DNA of 64,000 nucleotides from Candidatus Thiodiazotropha sp. (ex Monitilora ramsayi) (GTDB lineage Bacteria; Pseudomonadota; Gammaproteobacteria; Chromatiales; Chromatiaceae): NCBI GenBank assembly GCA_025655575.1, contig JAHXIP010000009.1, positions 7,500 to 71,499 of the forward strand, read 5' to 3'. Shown piece by piece: positions 61,858 to 64,000 of this stretch (position 1 is its first letter; each line of letters starts with the position of its first letter). The notes under the pieces were generated by a model. It saw only the letters and a program-made list of their open reading frames with translations, ran no database searches and was not told where the DNA came from. The position numbers and the translations under genes were made by a program.

Positions 61858-62265
61858 ATGGACATTAAAATAGAGACCAATGGACCGATTGGGGAGGCAG
61901 AAGTAGTAGAACTATACGAAGCCAATAATTGGTCATCGGCTCAAATACCAGACAAGCTAATGCCTGCCCTCCTCAACTCAGATACGCTCATAACCGCTCG
62001 AATTGATGGGAAACTGGTTGGTATCGGTAATGCCATCTCAGATGGTCACCTAGTTGTTTACTATCCACATATGCTTGTCCACCCGACATATCAAGGCAAA
62101 GGAATTGGGTATAAGATGATGGAGGCGATGCTAACCATATATGAAAACTTCCATCAGCAAATGCTGACTGCAGACGGCAAAGCAATCGGGTTTTACGAAA
62201 AGATGGGGTTCGAACGTGCGGGCAATACAGCACCGATGTGGATTTATTCAGGTAAAGAGCATTAA
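61858..62265 (+). CDS. GNAT-family N-acetyltransferase (putative gene cassette)
   Basis: LVGIG, V.P.YQGKGIG (motif A), FYEKMGF. Confidence 0.9.
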   Translation: MDIKIETNGPIGEAEVVELYEANNWSSAQIPDKLMPALLNSDTLITARIDGKLVGIGNAISDGHLVVYYPHMLVHPTYQGKGIGYKMMEAMLTIYENFHQQMLTADGKAIGFYEKMGFERAGNTAPMWIYSGKEH

Positions 62266-62266
62266 T

Positions 62267-62341
62267 GCATAACCAGGGTATCAAATCCAACTTCCGTAAC
62301 TTCCATGCCTTATGGCAGGCTATACTTCAAGGTCGTTATGA
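62267..62341 (+). mobile_element. Degenerate attC-like site 2
   Basis: GCATAAC 1 nt after the GNAT stop and GTTATGA, whose ATG starts the next gene; CATAAC/GTTATG complementary; inner boxes eroded. Confidence 0.5.
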
Positions 62342-62658
62342 AACCAGTACTAAAATTTGCAGCCAGCATTGTTGTTGCGTTGGTGGTTTTCGTATCAGGC
62401 ATCATTACTGGCAACTCCTATCAAATCACCGACTTACTTTGCCCTAGTACCGCATCACCCTACTTGCTGGATGAAGATTTCGTTACCGATGGTGGAATCC
62501 TCTTCCCAAAGGGCACCGTTATCCCGCTACGGCATTGTGCTTACATGCAGCGATTCAAGTGGCACTTTGCCATCGACAACTCAGTCCAGCTTAACCAAGC
62601 AAAGCCCCAGAGTGGGCATGACTATGGATTCTCTGAACTGAGCAAGAAGGTGCAATGA
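62338..62658 (+). CDS. Hypothetical membrane-anchored/exported protein (putative gene cassette)
   Basis: Start MKPVLKF, N-terminal hydrophobic helix, two Cys. Confidence 0.7.
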   Translation: MKPVLKFAASIVVALVVFVSGIITGNSYQITDLLCPSTASPYLLDEDFVTDGGILFPKGTVIPLRHCAYMQRFKWHFAIDNSVQLNQAKPQSGHDYGFSELSKKVQ

Positions 62659-62659
62659 A

Positions 62660-62746
62660 ATATAGCAATCACATCTAGGATCGACACTGAGCGGCCAGGT
62701 CCTACGACGGCAAGTCGCCGTTGACTCATTATGCAAGGCAATAGAA
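62660..62746 (+). mobile_element. Highly degenerate attC-like site 3
   Basis: ATATAGC-AATCACAT-CTAG ... ATT-ATGCAAGGC-AAT keeps the spacing of site 1, but both core boxes are mutated. Confidence 0.3.
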
Positions 62747-62756
62747 TAAAAAAAGG

Positions 62757-62787
62757 TTGACCTGACTACAGCTTCATACTTGATGCT
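62757..62787 (+). promoter_or_regulatory. Possible MerR-type promoter (TTGACC, 19-bp spacer, weak -10 GATGCT)
   Basis: -35-like TTGACC 83 bp before the 60-aa gene; only a weak TGA-N8-TCA dyad in the spacer. Confidence 0.3.
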
Positions 62788-62839
62788 ACGGATCAGCGGT
62801 GGTTAGCCGTTCAATCAGAAGCAACTAAGGAGCTATGTA

Positions 62840-63022
62840 ATGAAATCTAACAACGTAAGCAAAGAGCAGTGGGTCGCGATGTTTCGAGACATTGGGCTGG
62901 ATGATGCGGCCATGAAGAGATGGCACCAGACGTTTGAGACTCGCAATCCTGAAGGTCATCAGGAATTCCTCGAGTGGCTGAGTATTCCAAGTAGTGAAAT
63001 CACTGAGATTCGATCTCTGTAA
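62840..63022 (+). CDS. 60-aa protein homologous to the C-terminal domain of the downstream MerR regulator
   Basis: AAGGAG RBS 7 nt before ATG; ungapped 27/53 identity to the MerR C-terminus. Confidence 0.88.
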   Translation: MKSNNVSKEQWVAMFRDIGLDDAAMKRWHQTFETRNPEGHQEFLEWLSIPSSEITEIRSL

Positions 63023-63093
63023 TTGTGTTTGATGCATGAGGTGGCTGGCACTTGCAGCCACCTCGTGCGCATTCATCAAAGGTTGCAAATAGC

Positions 63094-63621
63094 ATGTATA
63101 CAATCGGTCAACTGGCAAAACGCTATTCGTTATCAAGAAGCACACTTATTTACTATGACAGCAAGGGGTTGCTGATACCCAGCGGAAGAAGTGGTACAAA
63201 CTACCGAACATATTCTGATAGCGATGCGGAAAAGCTGGAACGAATAATTCTGTTTCGCAATGCGGGTATGCCACTATCAACGATAGCCGATATCATAGAT
63301 CAAGATACAGATGAGGTTGAATCAGCGTTGGAAACGCGTTTGATTTCTATAAATCAAGAGATACAAGTACTTAGAGGTCAGCAAAAAGTCATTATCGATA
63401 TCATTAAGAATCAAGGTGCTATTGAAAACACAAGAATTGTTACCAAAGAAAAATGGGTGTCCATGCTAAAAGCTGCAGGTCTGGATGAAGATGGAATGAA
63501 GCATTGGCATATTGAGTTCGAAAAAACCTCTCCGGAGGCACATCAAGACTTTCTTGAATCAATTGGCATAGCGGATGCGGAAATCGCTGCTATTCGGGAT
63601 TGGTCAAAAGGTGCGATGTAA
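63094..63621 (+). CDS. MerR-family transcriptional regulator
   Basis: MYTIGQLAK...SRSTLIYYDSKGLL.P, NYR.Y, coiled coil LETRL..INQEI..L. Start at ATG 63094. Confidence 0.93.
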   Translation: MYTIGQLAKRYSLSRSTLIYYDSKGLLIPSGRSGTNYRTYSDSDAEKLERIILFRNAGMPLSTIADIIDQDTDEVESALETRLISINQEIQVLRGQQKVIIDIIKNQGAIENTRIVTKEKWVSMLKAAGLDEDGMKHWHIEFEKTSPEAHQDFLESIGIADAEIAAIRDWSKGAM

Positions 63622-63695
63622 TGTGAAATTTATACTGCTCACTGCACTCACTTGTGCCGACTTAAAACAACAGGCTCAGCCTCCCATTCACCATT

Positions 63696-64000
63696 TCACT
63701 TTATCTTCTGAGAGAGATAGGCAAACACTTCAAAAGCTATCGCCCGGGGATGCAGCTCGCCCAAGTAGGCAAGAATTTTGTTGGTCCCGCCGGGGATCAC
63801 AGACACCTCTCCTTTTTGACAGGCTTTATAGGCAACTTTGGCAATCTCTTTTACTGATGGTCCGTCAATTGATTGATAGGCCCGCATATCGGCAGCGTCT
63901 GCGGTTTTTACGAAATCTGTTGCCGTTGTCCCGGGAGAGACAACAGTAACCGCAACACCTGTACTTTTAACCTCTCTGGCCAGCCCCTTACTGAAGGAAA
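63696..64000 (-). CDS. SDR-family oxidoreductase, C-terminal part (5' end outside window)
   Basis: Frame extended by hand: SFSKGLAREVKSTGVAVTVVSPGTTATDF, a typical SDR post-catalytic segment. Confidence 0.85.
   Translation of the reverse strand, partial: SFSKGLAREVKSTGVAVTVVSPGTTATDFVKTADAADMRAYQSIDGPSVKEIAKVAYKACQKGEVSVIPGGTNKILAYLGELHPRAIAFEVFAYLSQKIK

Noticed and set aside
63622-63695. A fourth attC after the MerR gene
   Set aside because: Only a vague CACTCAC resemblance; no TAAC/GTTA core pair.

Overview
64-kb chromosomal window of a sulfur-oxidizing gammaproteobacterium. A Chromatiales/Sedimenticola/Thiodiazotropha-like affiliation is inferred from gene content only. Most of it is core genome: ispG, bamC-dapA/gcvR-bcp-phoH, cysG, cca, an ATM1-like ABC exporter, the Pil-Chp cluster (pilGHIJ-chpA-chpC), gshB-tonB-yqgE-yqgF-pyrRBC'K, purMN and grxD. 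It also carries a rich sulfur-handling set: two SQRs of different types, rhd-tusA-dsrE2 and two further rhodaneses. Two accessory regions stand out. (1) 1778-6360 is a terminator-bounded, divergently transcribed three-gene cassette of unknown proteins. It encodes a 778-aa Trp/Cys-rich protein, a 434-aa protein with features suggesting a beta-pore former, and a 195-aa beta-rich protein, with a perfect CRP/Vfr-type box in the shared promoter. This is the best candidate for an undescribed system. (2) About 61450-64000 looks like an eroded integron-cassette-like array (degenerate attC sites, no integrase seen). It is followed by a 60-aa protein that is a stand-alone copy (27/53 identical) of the C-terminal domain of the adjacent MerR regulator. 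No rRNA, tRNA or CRISPR array was recognised. All assignments come from motif reading and memory of families; no database search was run.
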